Assembly: GCA_965116875.1 (NCBI GenBank)
Contig: OZ220733.1
Span: 224,001-288,000 of the forward strand
Length of the DNA: 64,000 nucleotides
Source of the DNA: Candidatus Latescibacterota bacterium
GTDB taxonomy: Bacteria > Latescibacterota > UBA2968 > GCA-2709665
Direction of reading: 5' to 3'
Position numbers and translations under genes: made by a program. Under the pieces are notes generated by a model, which did not search any database, was not told the origin of the DNA, and saw nothing but the letters and a program-made list of their open reading frames with translations. Position 1 is the first letter of the stretch. Each line of letters opens with the position of its first letter. Positions 20,411 to 31,140 of the stretch are shown piece after piece.

Positions 20411-22927
20411 TCACCGAATAGCAAACGAAACCGACGACGATGCATGGCTTCCCGTGATCTCATCAAAAACCTTGACTTTCAACACCTGATGCCCCGGATC
20501 GGTTTTCGACATATCCAGTTCCAGGTATCCGTACTCATCGGCTCTGTCTCCCTCGTGCGCGTACTCCACGTTCACGACCTCAGCCTTTCTGTCGATGCCG
20601 ACCAGCCTGCCAAGCGCCTTCAGGATCTTCACCGCTACGTTACCTTTATTGAGCGAATGCAGTTCGTACAATACCCGGTACCTTGTCCTGCCGAACTCGT
20701 CCTTCGTCAGGTTGTAGACTTCGTAATAGACAAACACCGGCTGTCCCACGAAATAGAACAGACTCGGATTAGGCACCACCTCGATCTCGCCTTTTGTGAA
20801 TTTGCTGCCACGGCTTGGACGAATCAATGAGGCCATCTCAATATCACTCACCCTCAGCGAGTCATCGGCATATGGATGTAGCACCACTTCGCGGTTGTAG
20901 ACCTGAGACTTATCCGAAGACGAGTCCAGAATCTGCACGGATAGCCGATAAGTGCCAGGCGCGACAGAAAGCCGGTCCATCTCCGGCACAAATGCGATCT
21001 GGGTGGTATCAATCGGTCCCGACGTGTACAGCTCCATATCCTCGCTCGACCGATACACCGGCATGTTATCCTCGTCGTGCAGCGCCAGGCCCCGCTTCAA
21101 GTATGCCGTCAGCCTTCCGTCGGGTCCTTCTTTGTAGTCAAGTTCACGCGTGGGAATACCATAGTACACCTCCAGTTTTACCGAACGGTCATCTGCCTTG
21201 AATCGAGCCGCGTCATAGAAGAAATCGAGGGGGGCAGTGGCAAAGTCCTGTTCGTAAATCGCCGGCGTCTTGCGCGCCGCGCGACGCATCACCAGACCGG
21301 GGTTCATTCGCTGCCATATCAAATTTGACCTGATCGAAGTATCGATCGAAGGATGAAGGATTTCATCCATTGGCTCGTCAGTCGACATCGAAGTATCGAT
21401 CGAAGTATCGATCCAAGCATCAGGGATTTCATCCATTAGCCCGTCAGTCAACAAGGTGGTGCCGGGGTTTCGCCCTGTGATCTCGTCCACCCAGATAGCG
21501 GCGCCCGCATGCGGCACCTCTGCGTACTTGTAGGGGCCTGGGCCTGGCCCGTGTACCTGTACAAAAGTCACTTCCACGCCACCATCGACGTTCGAGTAAA
21601 TCCAGTATTCCCAGACGCCTCGAACGGGGTATACCGGGTAACCAAGAACCGTAGATAGCGTCTCCTGGTCGTCCATACCCTTCTCTACTGATCCACTCAT
21701 CGACCTGTAGAAGCTGACCATGCGCCGGCTCAACAGGAGGTGCTGCAGGGCTTCACCCGCCTGGCTCATCAGCCGGTCCTTAACTGCAAGAACCTTTGGG
21801 TCCGTCTCAAATCGGATGTTCTCCGACGCACTGATGTGATCGGGCCTTCCATAACGTACATACACCTCCCCACGTACGTCCCAGGGGAATTCGTACTCGC
21901 TGAAATGCTCCCGTGCATACGCCACCCGGCGGCAGTGCTCTATCCACCTTTCGTTGGCCGCCGTCACCGGCGCAGGGTCCCGAGTCGCCCAGAAGTTTTC
22001 AGACTGCGCCTTGCGCTCTTCATCTGGCGTCGCCTGGAAGCGGGACAGTTCATCCCTGATAACCACCAGGCTTAGATCATAGTATAATGCCTGCTCGCCG
22101 GGTGGCAGACCCTCCAGGTACGCATCCAGTATCGCATCAAACGGATCGTGGTCCCGCGCATGCTGATACATCTCCGCCAGATCCAGGAACGCGCGCCGCT
22201 GATAGGCATTCGGCGTATCCACGACTGTCCTGAGCATCCCCAACGCTTCATCCGTGCGTCCTTCTTTCTTCAACAACTGTGCAAGATAGGTCCGAGCCCC
22301 GAAATGTGCTCGATTCACCTGGAGTTGCCGGCGGAATGCTTCCTCTGCCTTTCGCGCATTTCGAAATCGACCCGCTCTTCCATCTTTGTAGATCCGACCA
22401 ATCTGGAACCAGACGTCGTGATGGTCCGGGTCCATCTTAACCAGTTTCTTGTACGTGTCCAGTTCCCTCGAATTGCCAATTTCCTGGTACGATTGGGCCA
22501 GGTTGTAGTACGCTTCCACGTAACCTCGGTCAGCCCGAACGGCCCTTCGAAAATACTTGATTGCCCAATCCAGCATTTTCTCAGTATTGCGAAACACGAG
22601 ACCCAGTCCGTTCAGGGCCGGTGCGAAGTTCTTCCGCTTTCGAAGGGCCTCTCGGAACGCTTTCTCGGCATCCTTCAGATTTCCCTTTTTCAGGTGGACA
22701 TGGCCCAGCCCGACGTAAGAAGGCGCATGTTTCGAGTTGATCTCCAGTGCCACCTGAAAACACCTCTCGGCATTCTCATATTTCCCGGATTCGAGATAGG
22801 CCAGCCCAGATTTATACGTGCTATCTACCCGTGAGATGTCCTTTGCAGTCGATCCTTCGGCCGGACTTTCGCCCAAACAAACGACAATCGTGATCGATGC
22901 AATCAAATAGTGCTTGAACCAGTTCAT
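20411..22927 (-). CDS. GWxTD domain-containing TPR protein (paralogue 3, island copy)
   Basis: Signal peptide, TPRs, FWATRDP...EHCRRVAYA...PWDVRGEVYVRYGRPD, VFVYYEVYNL; GGAGG RBS. Confidence 0.88.
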   Translation of the reverse strand: MNWFKHYLIASITIVVCLGESPAEGSTAKDISRVDSTYKSGLAYLESGKYENAERCFQVALEINSKHAPSYVGLGHVHLKKGNLKDAEKAFREALRKRKNFAPALNGLGLVFRNTEKMLDWAIKYFRRAVRADRGYVEAYYNLAQSYQEIGNSRELDTYKKLVKMDPDHHDVWFQIGRIYKDGRAGRFRNARKAEEAFRRQLQVNRAHFGARTYLAQLLKKEGRTDEALGMLRTVVDTPNAYQRRAFLDLAEMYQHARDHDPFDAILDAYLEGLPPGEQALYYDLSLVVIRDELSRFQATPDEERKAQSENFWATRDPAPVTAANERWIEHCRRVAYAREHFSEYEFPWDVRGEVYVRYGRPDHISASENIRFETDPKVLAVKDRLMSQAGEALQHLLLSRRMVSFYRSMSGSVEKGMDDQETLSTVLGYPVYPVRGVWEYWIYSNVDGGVEVTFVQVHGPGPGPYKYAEVPHAGAAIWVDEITGRNPGTTLLTDGLMDEIPDAWIDTSIDTSMSTDEPMDEILHPSIDTSIRSNLIWQRMNPGLVMRRAARKTPAIYEQDFATAPLDFFYDAARFKADDRSVKLEVYYGIPTRELDYKEGPDGRLTAYLKRGLALHDEDNMPVYRSSEDMELYTSGPIDTTQIAFVPEMDRLSVAPGTYRLSVQILDSSSDKSQVYNREVVLHPYADDSLRVSDIEMASLIRPSRGSKFTKGEIEVVPNPSLFYFVGQPVFVYYEVYNLTKDEFGRTRYRVLYELHSLNKGNVAVKILKALGRLVGIDRKAEVVNVEYAHEGDRADEYGYLELDMSKTDPGHQVLKVKVFDEITGSHASSSVSFAIR

Positions 22928-22941
22928 ATGGAACCCTCCAA

Positions 22942-23285
22942 AACGTCCCTCAAAAACTCGATGTGCATCACATTGTCTACAACTATAGTACCCACAGACA
23001 CACCAAGGTGAAACGAAGGCTTTCGCAAAGACTCAGATACCACCTTCACGTTACCCCGACCTAGCATCCTGGCCCAACCAGGTCGAGATCTGGTTCAATA
23101 TCATCACTCAGAAGGCCATCAGGCGCGGCTGCTTCAGATCCATCAAAGAACTCATCGATAGAATACAAAGCTTCACCGACAACTACAACGAGTCGTCGAA
23201 ACCTTTCGTCTGGAACGCCACCGCACAATCCATCATCCAAAAAGCCGAATGTTTTTGTAAAGGTATTTCTGGGACGCAATACTCA
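22942..23285 (+). pseudogene. IS630-family transposase C-terminal relic
   Basis: Reads NVPQKLDVHHIVYNYSTH...HLHVTPT*/ASWPNQVEIWFNIITQKAIRRG...PFVWNATAQSI...ISGTQ, with a stop/frameshift and DNY changed to YNY. Confidence 0.8.
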
Positions 23286-23416
23286 AGTTGGAGATTAAAG
23301 GATACCCCTCACCGAAGCCCCACACCTTGCAAGGCGATCCGTAATGTGCTGCCTCCATACGACAGTGCTGAACTGCGTTCCTAGACGGCATACTGTGTTT
23401 TGGGTATAGGGGAAAC

Positions 23417-26400
23417 TCAGGCTGAGCGGATACGCAAAGAGGCGCGAGGAATCATACAAATGGGTACAACGATAACCAGCAGCGCCGATGAGACAACCAG
23501 CCCGCCGGACGTACCTATCGCGAGGGTGTACCATATTTCGGACCGATCGCCATGCAGCATCAGAGGCAGAAAACCCGCAACGGTGGTCAGTGTTGTGATA
23601 AAGATCGGTCGCAGCCGCTGGGATGCGGCCAAGACAACAGCGTCAATGGGAGACGACGGCCTCGCCTTCAATGTACGAGAAATATTATGGACCAGCAGAA
23701 TGGCGTTGTTCACTGAAATGCCCATCAGAAGCAATAGGGAGGCGTAACCGCCCTTGTTAAAGGACGCACCGAACAGGTAAATCCCAGCTCCGACCCCGAT
23801 GAGCGCCAGCGGCAATGCAATCAATACGAGGATTGGCCGCGTCCATGACTCGAACAGAGCGGACGTGATCATCCACACAAGTAGCACCGAGAGTAATACA
23901 ATGAATATCAGTTCCTTTTTTCCGCCTTCGGTTAGGTCCGTCCTCATATAACCCTTGTTCAGGCTGTAACCGTAAGGCAAGTCCGTTTTTACTATCAGAT
24001 CTTCAACTAACTTTTCGGAATAGTTGTAGTCTGCAAGGACGGTAAATCCAACCTCTTTGACGTAGCGCTGGTTGTCGCGTTCGATTGTCGGCCTCGCAAA
24101 CTGCTTTTCCAGATGGCTGATGTGGCCGATCCGCGCGGCGTGTCCCTCCAGCAAAACATGCCTAAGTTGACGGAGGTCCGTGCCGCCCTCCGCTTTCGCC
24201 GAGACGGCTGCCGGTACTTCGCGTCCGTCCACGGACATGCGCTGAATGGAAGATCCCTCATCCAGGCGGGCCTGTATTTCGTCCACAACCTTGGCGTGAT
24301 CCACGCCCAAGGGGGAGGTTCTCGCATGGTCAATCCGTGCCAGAATTTCATACCTGGGCGGACCGAAAGTGCGGTCGACCTGAATGTCGCGTACTCTCCG
24401 CGATCGGCGCTCTTTCAAGCGCTCTGCAATTCCTTCCGCAATATCTCCCACATTCCGCAGGTTGTAGCCCTGTACCTCCAGTTGTCTGCTCACGCCACTA
24501 GTGCCCAGAGGCTTACCCGACGGATCAATGTCCTGGCCCCATACACGGAATCCCACGCCGCCGATATTGTCGCCATAAACGACCAAGTGTTCATAAAGCA
24601 AATAGGGAATGGCCGACCGTTTATATTCATCCTTCAGCCGGATCTGAATGAGTCCGTACCGCCCCGAACTCTGTGTGATGATGCCACTGATGACGGAGGA
24701 GAAACTGAGAAGCTGCTTCTCGATCCCCTTAAAGATCCCATCCAGTCGACTGATGTGCGCATTGAAGGGCATCTCGAGAAACACGATGAGGGAGAATCCT
24801 TCCGCAATTTCCCTCATGATATGCCTGTGCGGCGCTCCGTCAACCCGGTGGTCTACGTCTTTGAATAGATAGTAGGTAGCGCCCCCGAGAATCAGATTCA
24901 GAGCTGGTCTCAGGAATAAGGCTGTTGGATTGCCCCAGACGTTGTTGTAGAGCCGTGCGGACCCTTCCGAAAGATGTCTCCACGGCGAGCGAGGTGTTTG
25001 TTCTTGTTCGTCTGTCACGCTGCTGTAATTGGCTGATGCGGCCATTGTGTCCCTGCTGGCGAGCCAATCTGTGTATTCCTGCCGCGTCGCGACCATTCCG
25101 GTTGATGCGTACTCATTTGGCCGATTCGCTTGGCGCTGGCCGACTTGCTCCGGGAGGAGCCAAATTGGAAAGCCCACCATCCATGCCAACAGTGCCAGTA
25201 TCAATACTCTGTGTCGGCCACACATGCCCAGGGTCCGCTGATATAGACGAAACATCGGATCAACGCTCCGAACAGCAGATTCCTGCTGGAGCACCGACCG
25301 GTAGAAAAACGTGGGAATCAGGACCAGTGCAATTAGGAGGGAAAGCAGGAGGGTTAAACCTAATGATACAACAAGAGGTTTGAAATACCGCTGCAGGTCT
25401 TCCGATAGAAAGAGAACCGGCAAAAAAGCGCCAATGGTCGTCAGATTCGAAGCCGCGACCGGGTACATAACTCCGCGCAACCCTTGAGCCACTGCCTGTT
25501 TCATGTTGACGTCGGTAGCACGCTCATCTGCGCTACGCCGGACGTAATCGTATACGACAATAGCATTGTCTACACAAACCCCGAAACCGATGGTAAAACC
25601 AGCCAATGTCACCAGGTTCAGGTGCAAACCAAACAAAAAAAACAGGCTCAGGGCCCCAAGTACGGACAATAGGACAGAAGCAAGAATCAGGATCACAGAA
25701 TGAAAGCGCCTGAATACCCCCGCCAACACCAGACATATGAGCAACATAGAGACGGCTGAACGTCGGAGCAGGAACCGCAGCTCCGCATGTATTTCGGCGC
25801 CTGCGTCATTTAGTACGATGATCTCGACACCATCCGGCATTTGCCCGGACAAATCAGAGATCTTTTCCCGAACCCGCCCGGAGGTGCGAATCATATCGCT
25901 TCCGTGCGCTCGCTCAATCCGGACGGCCACTGCGTTTCGTCCATTAATTCGGAACACGGATTCGGGATCACGGTGCCGGTACCGCACATCGGCCACGTCG
26001 CCCAGCGGGATGGCACGGGCCATTCCGGCGCCCGGCAGAGGAATCCGTCTGATCTCATCCAAGTTCTCAAAACCGCTCTTCATCTGGATGCGGCTAACGG
26101 CCCCGTGCGTCTCTGTCGCGTCTAAGGAACGAGTTTGCATTCCTCGGGCGGCCAAGGCGACCCTCAACCGATTCATATCAATACCTCTGCTCCGAGCAAG
26201 GTCCTGATCCAACTCGATCATGACGCCTCGTTCGCCTCCGCCCTGTACCGAGACGGCTCTGACCCCGGGGATAGCCAACAGCGGCAGACGAACCCGCTCT
26301 CGAACCAGGCTCCGCAGTTCCGAGGCATCCGCTTGACCGTGTACAAAGCAGACGAAAAAATCCCTTAATTCTCTGCGAAGACTTGGGGCCGACCGACGAA

Positions 26401-26785
26401 CGACAGGCCACGAGACACGCTCCGGTCTCTCGCGGAAGAAGGTATAGATCCGTTCTTTGATTTCGAGTTCCGCTCGTTCAATGTCTACCGAACGTGCAAA
26501 TTCAGCGACGACACTTGCACCACCCTCGCGGGTTGATGAGCGTATTGTAGCCACATCCCTCACGCCACGTACAAGCGACTCGACCGGGGCTGTGAGCCGG
26601 GACTCGATCGTAAGTGCAGACGCACCGGGCCACGATATGCTTATTGTGAGTTGTGACGCATCTGCTTCTTCACCTATATCGATAGGGATTAGAGGAAAAC
26701 ACATCATTCCAATGGCAAGAATCGCTCCGCAGGCAACCCCCACGGCAACCGGCCGATCCAGCATCTGGTGCGCCAATCCCAGCAT
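23417..26785 (-). CDS. RND efflux permease (AcrB/CzcA superfamily), subunit 2
   Basis: Start taken at MLGLAHQMLDRP; WPGASA, GVCVDNAIVV, ITSALFESWTRP, GISVNNAILLV and RLRPIFITTLTTVAGFLP. Confidence 0.9.
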   Translation of the reverse strand: MLGLAHQMLDRPVAVGVACGAILAIGMMCFPLIPIDIGEEADASQLTISISWPGASALTIESRLTAPVESLVRGVRDVATIRSSTREGGASVVAEFARSVDIERAELEIKERIYTFFRERPERVSWPVVRRSAPSLRRELRDFFVCFVHGQADASELRSLVRERVRLPLLAIPGVRAVSVQGGGERGVMIELDQDLARSRGIDMNRLRVALAARGMQTRSLDATETHGAVSRIQMKSGFENLDEIRRIPLPGAGMARAIPLGDVADVRYRHRDPESVFRINGRNAVAVRIERAHGSDMIRTSGRVREKISDLSGQMPDGVEIIVLNDAGAEIHAELRFLLRRSAVSMLLICLVLAGVFRRFHSVILILASVLLSVLGALSLFFLFGLHLNLVTLAGFTIGFGVCVDNAIVVYDYVRRSADERATDVNMKQAVAQGLRGVMYPVAASNLTTIGAFLPVLFLSEDLQRYFKPLVVSLGLTLLLSLLIALVLIPTFFYRSVLQQESAVRSVDPMFRLYQRTLGMCGRHRVLILALLAWMVGFPIWLLPEQVGQRQANRPNEYASTGMVATRQEYTDWLASRDTMAASANYSSVTDEQEQTPRSPWRHLSEGSARLYNNVWGNPTALFLRPALNLILGGATYYLFKDVDHRVDGAPHRHIMREIAEGFSLIVFLEMPFNAHISRLDGIFKGIEKQLLSFSSVISGIITQSSGRYGLIQIRLKDEYKRSAIPYLLYEHLVVYGDNIGGVGFRVWGQDIDPSGKPLGTSGVSRQLEVQGYNLRNVGDIAEGIAERLKERRSRRVRDIQVDRTFGPPRYEILARIDHARTSPLGVDHAKVVDEIQARLDEGSSIQRMSVDGREVPAAVSAKAEGGTDLRQLRHVLLEGHAARIGHISHLEKQFARPTIERDNQRYVKEVGFTVLADYNYSEKLVEDLIVKTDLPYGYSLNKGYMRTDLTEGGKKELIFIVLLSVLLVWMITSALFESWTRPILVLIALPLALIGVGAGIYLFGASFNKGGYASLLLLMGISVNNAILLVHNISRTLKARPSSPIDAVVLAASQRLRPIFITTLTTVAGFLPLMLHGDRSEIWYTLAIGTSGGLVVSSALLVIVVPICMIPRASLRIRSA

Positions 26786-26787
26786 CT

Positions 26788-29700
26788 TCAGTTCTTCTTC
26801 CTGACCAATACAGCGTAGATGATGGGTACGAAAACCAAGGTTCCCAGCGTTGCCAGAGAAATACCGCCCACGATAGCCCAGGCCAGAGGACGCCGCAGTT
26901 CCGCCCCGCTGCCGCTGGACAGGGCCATAGGCAGCAAACCGCATACCGTTGTCATCGTTGTCATACAGATGGGGCGAAAACGCTTCCGCCCTGCGTCCAG
27001 AATCGCCAGCTGAAGGTCGCCGCTTGTCTGAACACGATGGTGGATAAAGTCCACCTTGACAATAGCGTCGTTCACAACGATTCCCACCAGCACGATGCAG
27101 CCCAATAGGGACATCACATTTAGTGTATTTCCCGTCAGCCAGAGGGTCGTCACAACCCCCGTGGATGCCAGTGGGACCGTCGTGATAATGACCAGAGGAA
27201 CCATAAGTGATTCGAACTGGGCGGCAAGGATGAAATACACCAGTATTAGCGATATCGCAAGAATTGAGAGGATGTTCCGGTATTGCTCAAACATGTGCGC
27301 GTATTGGGAGCCGCTCTCAATCCAATATCCATTTGGGAGGCCGATCTTGTCCACTATCCGGGCAACCAAATCACGTGCCTGGTCTCGATGAATCTCATGT
27401 AATCCGGCCGTAATGGTGACGGTACGTGCTTGTTCCTGGCGATGGATCTCCTCAAAGTCTTCAGCGGGTTCGAGATGAATCAGTTCAGAAAGAGGCACGT
27501 GAATGACACGGCCACGTTTACGTACGGGGTATTTGATGGTCAAGATGCGCTTCAGGTCAAGGTTGCCGCGGCCTTCCGCGAGCACCCGAATGTCGATCTG
27601 CTCGACAAAATCGACAAACCGGGTAGGAATACTGCCATCAAGATGCCGCTCGATAAAAAGGGAAAGTTTCTCGGGACGGACACCGTATATGATAGCGGCG
27701 TCGCGGTCCACACGTACACTATAAGCCCGCCTTCCTTGCGTCAGATCGGATTGCACATTGACAAAGCTCGGTGACTGCCGCATGAATTCGCAGATTCGTC
27801 GACTCAATGCAGCCAACGTATCCAAGTCGGAACCCACAATCTTGACATCGAACTGTGCCTGCTGAACTTGAAACAAGTGTTCAAAGACTGATTCCGGCCG
27901 AGAGAGCGTAAGGGTCAGCCCTCCGAATTCAGTGAATGCGCCCTCGAGTCGACGCGCTACCTCCACTCCCGCGGCGTCTTTCGTCAGTTCTATATCTAGA
28001 AGTGCCTTATTCAGACCCGGCTGATACCTACCGTCCATAGCCTCCCGTGTGATTCCCACCGATGCCAGAACTGACTCAACGCCACGCTCCGTTAAAACGC
28101 GTTTCTCCAGGCGGGTAACTTGCGCCGAAGTCGTCGCCAAACTCGCATCCTGCGGCAATTCGACCTGAGCGATCAGACGTTTCCTGTCCACATCCGGCAT
28201 CAGTTCCCTGTCCATCTTCAGCGCCATCCAACCGCTTACCGGAAGCGGTAAAACCGCTACGCAGATCACCTTCCATCGGTGGCGAAGGGCTATCGACAGG
28301 GCCCTTTCGTAAATTGCGAAAACACCGGCGACAATACGTTGAAAGAGTTCAATAGACCGCACGAACGGGATCAAGCCTATGGATGCATATCGATATACAA
28401 GACGAAACCGGCCTCTGTTGACGCGCTCTGGCTTCCACTGCCGGGAAGCAAGCATCGGTAGCAGCGTAATCGACACTAAGAGGGAGGCTGCCAGCGCTAA
28501 GGAGATTGTTACGGCCTGCTCGAAGAAGAGCACTCCCGCCATTCCTTTGATGTACACCAGCGGCAAAAAAACCGACATTGTGGTAAACGTAGAGGCGGTA
28601 ATCGCTAACCCGACTTCGTTGGTGCCTCTGACGGAAGCTTCTCGAGAATCGGCCTGAAGCTCCCGATGGCGAAAGATGTTTTCCAAAACCACGATAGAGT
28701 TGTCGACCAGTATCCCAATACCCAGAGCCAGTCCACCCAGCGAAATCACATTCAAATGAATATCTAGGAAGTACATACAGATGAACGTCGCAATGATCGA
28801 CACCGGAATGGAGAGACCGATGATGATTGGGTTTCTCAAGTCCCTGAGAAACAGCACAAGAGAAACAAAAGCGAAGAGTCCGCCGAGGTAAAGGGACTGC
28901 AGCACATTGTCTACAGATTCCCGTATGAACTCTGCCTGATCGAATAGCGGCCGCACCTCAAAATCAGGATAATCCCGAGAAAACCGGTAGAGATCGCCGT
29001 AGACTTTTTCCGACGTATCCACCGTGTTGGAACCCGCCTCCTTGAATAGATGCAGGGTGATTACCTCGCTGCCGTTCAAACGTGTATACCCTCTCCGGTC
29101 AGTGAAACCCTTCTCAATGCGGGCGACATCCTTGAGGCGAATCTGTTTGGGCTCATGTCGGACCGGAATACGCCCCATCTCGTCAATGCGGGTGAACTCC
29201 GCCTGAATTCGGAGGGGAAACCGTGAATACCCTTCACGGACCGCTCCACCAAAGCTAACCACATTGAATTGTTTCAGGCTACTTTCCACGTCCTCAAAGC
29301 TAACTCCATATCGCCTGCATTGTTCCGTGTCGAGGTAGACTCGAATCTCTCGCTCCTGGCCTCCTACGACCTGCACATAGGCAACACCGTCGATCTGTTC
29401 AAGGCGACGCTTGACAACGGACTCCGACACCTCCTTTAATTCCATCAGGGCTTCGTTGTAGTCCTGACGCGACCGAGGACGTTCAATTCGCGACCCAGTA
29501 ACGATTAACGTCATGATTGGGGCTGAGGCGGGATCAAAGCGCAAAATAGTTGGACGTCCTGCGGCCTGCGGAAGCATTCCCTGGTCCAAGCTGCTTCGAA
29601 CCTGAACGAATGCCAGATCCATGTCGCTTCCCCAGCGAAACGACACATCCACAAAGGAAAGGCCCTCACGGGAAACCGAACGGATTCTGTGCACTTTGCT

Positions 29701-29931
29701 CACTGCGCTCAGAACGGCTTCGAGAGGGCGAGTGACGTATTCTTCCACGTCACGAGCGTTCATCGTGGGACACTCGGTTCGCACGATAAGTCTTGGTACA
29801 TCGATATCGGGAAGGAAGTCCACGCTCAGCCGGAAGAGTGAATAAACGCCAAGCAGAATGACGGCAAGAAAGCAAACAGTGGTGGCTACCGGCCGGCTGA
29901 CCACAACGCGCACAATTCGCATAAGCGCCAA
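26788..29931 (-). CDS. RND efflux permease (AcrB/CzcA superfamily), subunit 1
   Basis: SRPVAT, GILVDNSIVVLENI, LAAQFES, GIVVNDAIV and RFRPICMTTMTTVCGLLP. Confidence 0.93.
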   Translation of the reverse strand: MALMRIVRVVVSRPVATTVCFLAVILLGVYSLFRLSVDFLPDIDVPRLIVRTECPTMNARDVEEYVTRPLEAVLSAVSKVHRIRSVSREGLSFVDVSFRWGSDMDLAFVQVRSSLDQGMLPQAAGRPTILRFDPASAPIMTLIVTGSRIERPRSRQDYNEALMELKEVSESVVKRRLEQIDGVAYVQVVGGQEREIRVYLDTEQCRRYGVSFEDVESSLKQFNVVSFGGAVREGYSRFPLRIQAEFTRIDEMGRIPVRHEPKQIRLKDVARIEKGFTDRRGYTRLNGSEVITLHLFKEAGSNTVDTSEKVYGDLYRFSRDYPDFEVRPLFDQAEFIRESVDNVLQSLYLGGLFAFVSLVLFLRDLRNPIIIGLSIPVSIIATFICMYFLDIHLNVISLGGLALGIGILVDNSIVVLENIFRHRELQADSREASVRGTNEVGLAITASTFTTMSVFLPLVYIKGMAGVLFFEQAVTISLALAASLLVSITLLPMLASRQWKPERVNRGRFRLVYRYASIGLIPFVRSIELFQRIVAGVFAIYERALSIALRHRWKVICVAVLPLPVSGWMALKMDRELMPDVDRKRLIAQVELPQDASLATTSAQVTRLEKRVLTERGVESVLASVGITREAMDGRYQPGLNKALLDIELTKDAAGVEVARRLEGAFTEFGGLTLTLSRPESVFEHLFQVQQAQFDVKIVGSDLDTLAALSRRICEFMRQSPSFVNVQSDLTQGRRAYSVRVDRDAAIIYGVRPEKLSLFIERHLDGSIPTRFVDFVEQIDIRVLAEGRGNLDLKRILTIKYPVRKRGRVIHVPLSELIHLEPAEDFEEIHRQEQARTVTITAGLHEIHRDQARDLVARIVDKIGLPNGYWIESGSQYAHMFEQYRNILSILAISLILVYFILAAQFESLMVPLVIITTVPLASTGVVTTLWLTGNTLNVMSLLGCIVLVGIVVNDAIVKVDFIHHRVQTSGDLQLAILDAGRKRFRPICMTTMTTVCGLLPMALSSGSGAELRRPLAWAIVGGISLATLGTLVFVPIIYAVLVRKKN

Positions 29932-29934
29932 TCC

Positions 29935-31140
29935 TCAGCGTTGAACCACAATGACGCTGGCGTCGTGGGCGAGATTGAAATGTCCCGATACGATCAATTC
30001 TTCGCCTTCTATCAGACCTTCTTCAATTTCGATTAATTCATCGTTCTCCAACCCAGTTCTTACGTAACGCCATTTTGCCAAACCTCCCTCATGTACGAAA
30101 ATCAGTTTCCGGTCGTCACGGATAAGCAGAGCATCCCTTGGAATGAGTAGACGCTTCCTGAACACACGGGTTTCAACGTCGACCTTCGCGAACATACCTG
30201 GCTTGATCCTGTGTTCGGGGTTGTCGATCCAGATTTGAATGTCACACATACCGCTTTCAGAGTCAACCACCGGGTTAATTACTCGAATCGTTCCGCCGAA
30301 CTTCTCGCCGGGAAACGCGTGGAGACGTATTGATACGGGGGCGCCAATCCTCGCCAACGGCAACTCTCTCTCAAGTATTCCGACTTCAAGTGTCAGGGAA
30401 TCGAGCGCTACCAGCCGCATTAATTCCTGGCCTTGCGCGACCGTACCGCCATTACCGATTTCCAGGTCGGTCACATACGCGCTGAAACGGGCTCTGATGA
30501 CTGTATTGTCTACCTTTAGTTTCGACTCTGCGACATCCAGTCTTGCCCGCGTGAGGCCCGTACTGCTGGCAAGCCACGCCTTGCGCGAATTCTCCGACGC
30601 CAGCGCCAAGGCATCCATATCGTCAACATTGGCACTGTCGACAGTCTCTTCCATTTCCTTCATTAATCGTCCGCCCCTGTCCAAGTGGTTTCCCACAAGG
30701 GCTAGGGCGGCATATTCACGCAATGCACGGGTCATCTGATCCTTCGCCTTCATATAAGCGATACGATAGGGTTCGCCGTCAATCTCAATTACAATGTCGC
30801 CCTCGCGGACAAAACTACCCTCCTCGACATGCAAACGATGGACCTGTCCGGAGACCCGGGCGACGACACGCGTCTCGATACGAGGCCTGAAAACTCCTTC
30901 CGAAGAGATTCTTCTCACGAGATCCCGTTTACGGACCGTCTCCACCACGACTGGCGTATTCGGAGACTCGAATTCGGGAAACGCTTCCAGTGCTTTGTCT
31001 CGCGAAGTCGCGGATGGATTGAGGGCATTCCAAACCACAAACCCCACGGCTCCAAGCCCAAACCCCAGCACAATATAAAATAGACGATTCACTGTTTCGA
31101 CACCCGTACGCGTCCCATAGCGGTTAACCTTTGCAGACAA
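29935..31140 (-). CDS. RND periplasmic adaptor (membrane fusion protein)
   Basis: N-terminal TM, lipoyl halves (VSGQV..LHVEEG..V.EGD; IRARFSAYV), IKPGMFAKV. The start is possibly GTG at 31092. Confidence 0.9.
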   Translation of the reverse strand: MSAKVNRYGTRTGVETVNRLFYIVLGFGLGAVGFVVWNALNPSATSRDKALEAFPEFESPNTPVVVETVRKRDLVRRISSEGVFRPRIETRVVARVSGQVHRLHVEEGSFVREGDIVIEIDGEPYRIAYMKAKDQMTRALREYAALALVGNHLDRGGRLMKEMEETVDSANVDDMDALALASENSRKAWLASSTGLTRARLDVAESKLKVDNTVIRARFSAYVTDLEIGNGGTVAQGQELMRLVALDSLTLEVGILERELPLARIGAPVSIRLHAFPGEKFGGTIRVINPVVDSESGMCDIQIWIDNPEHRIKPGMFAKVDVETRVFRKRLLIPRDALLIRDDRKLIFVHEGGLAKWRYVRTGLENDELIEIEEGLIEGEELIVSGHFNLAHDASVIVVQR

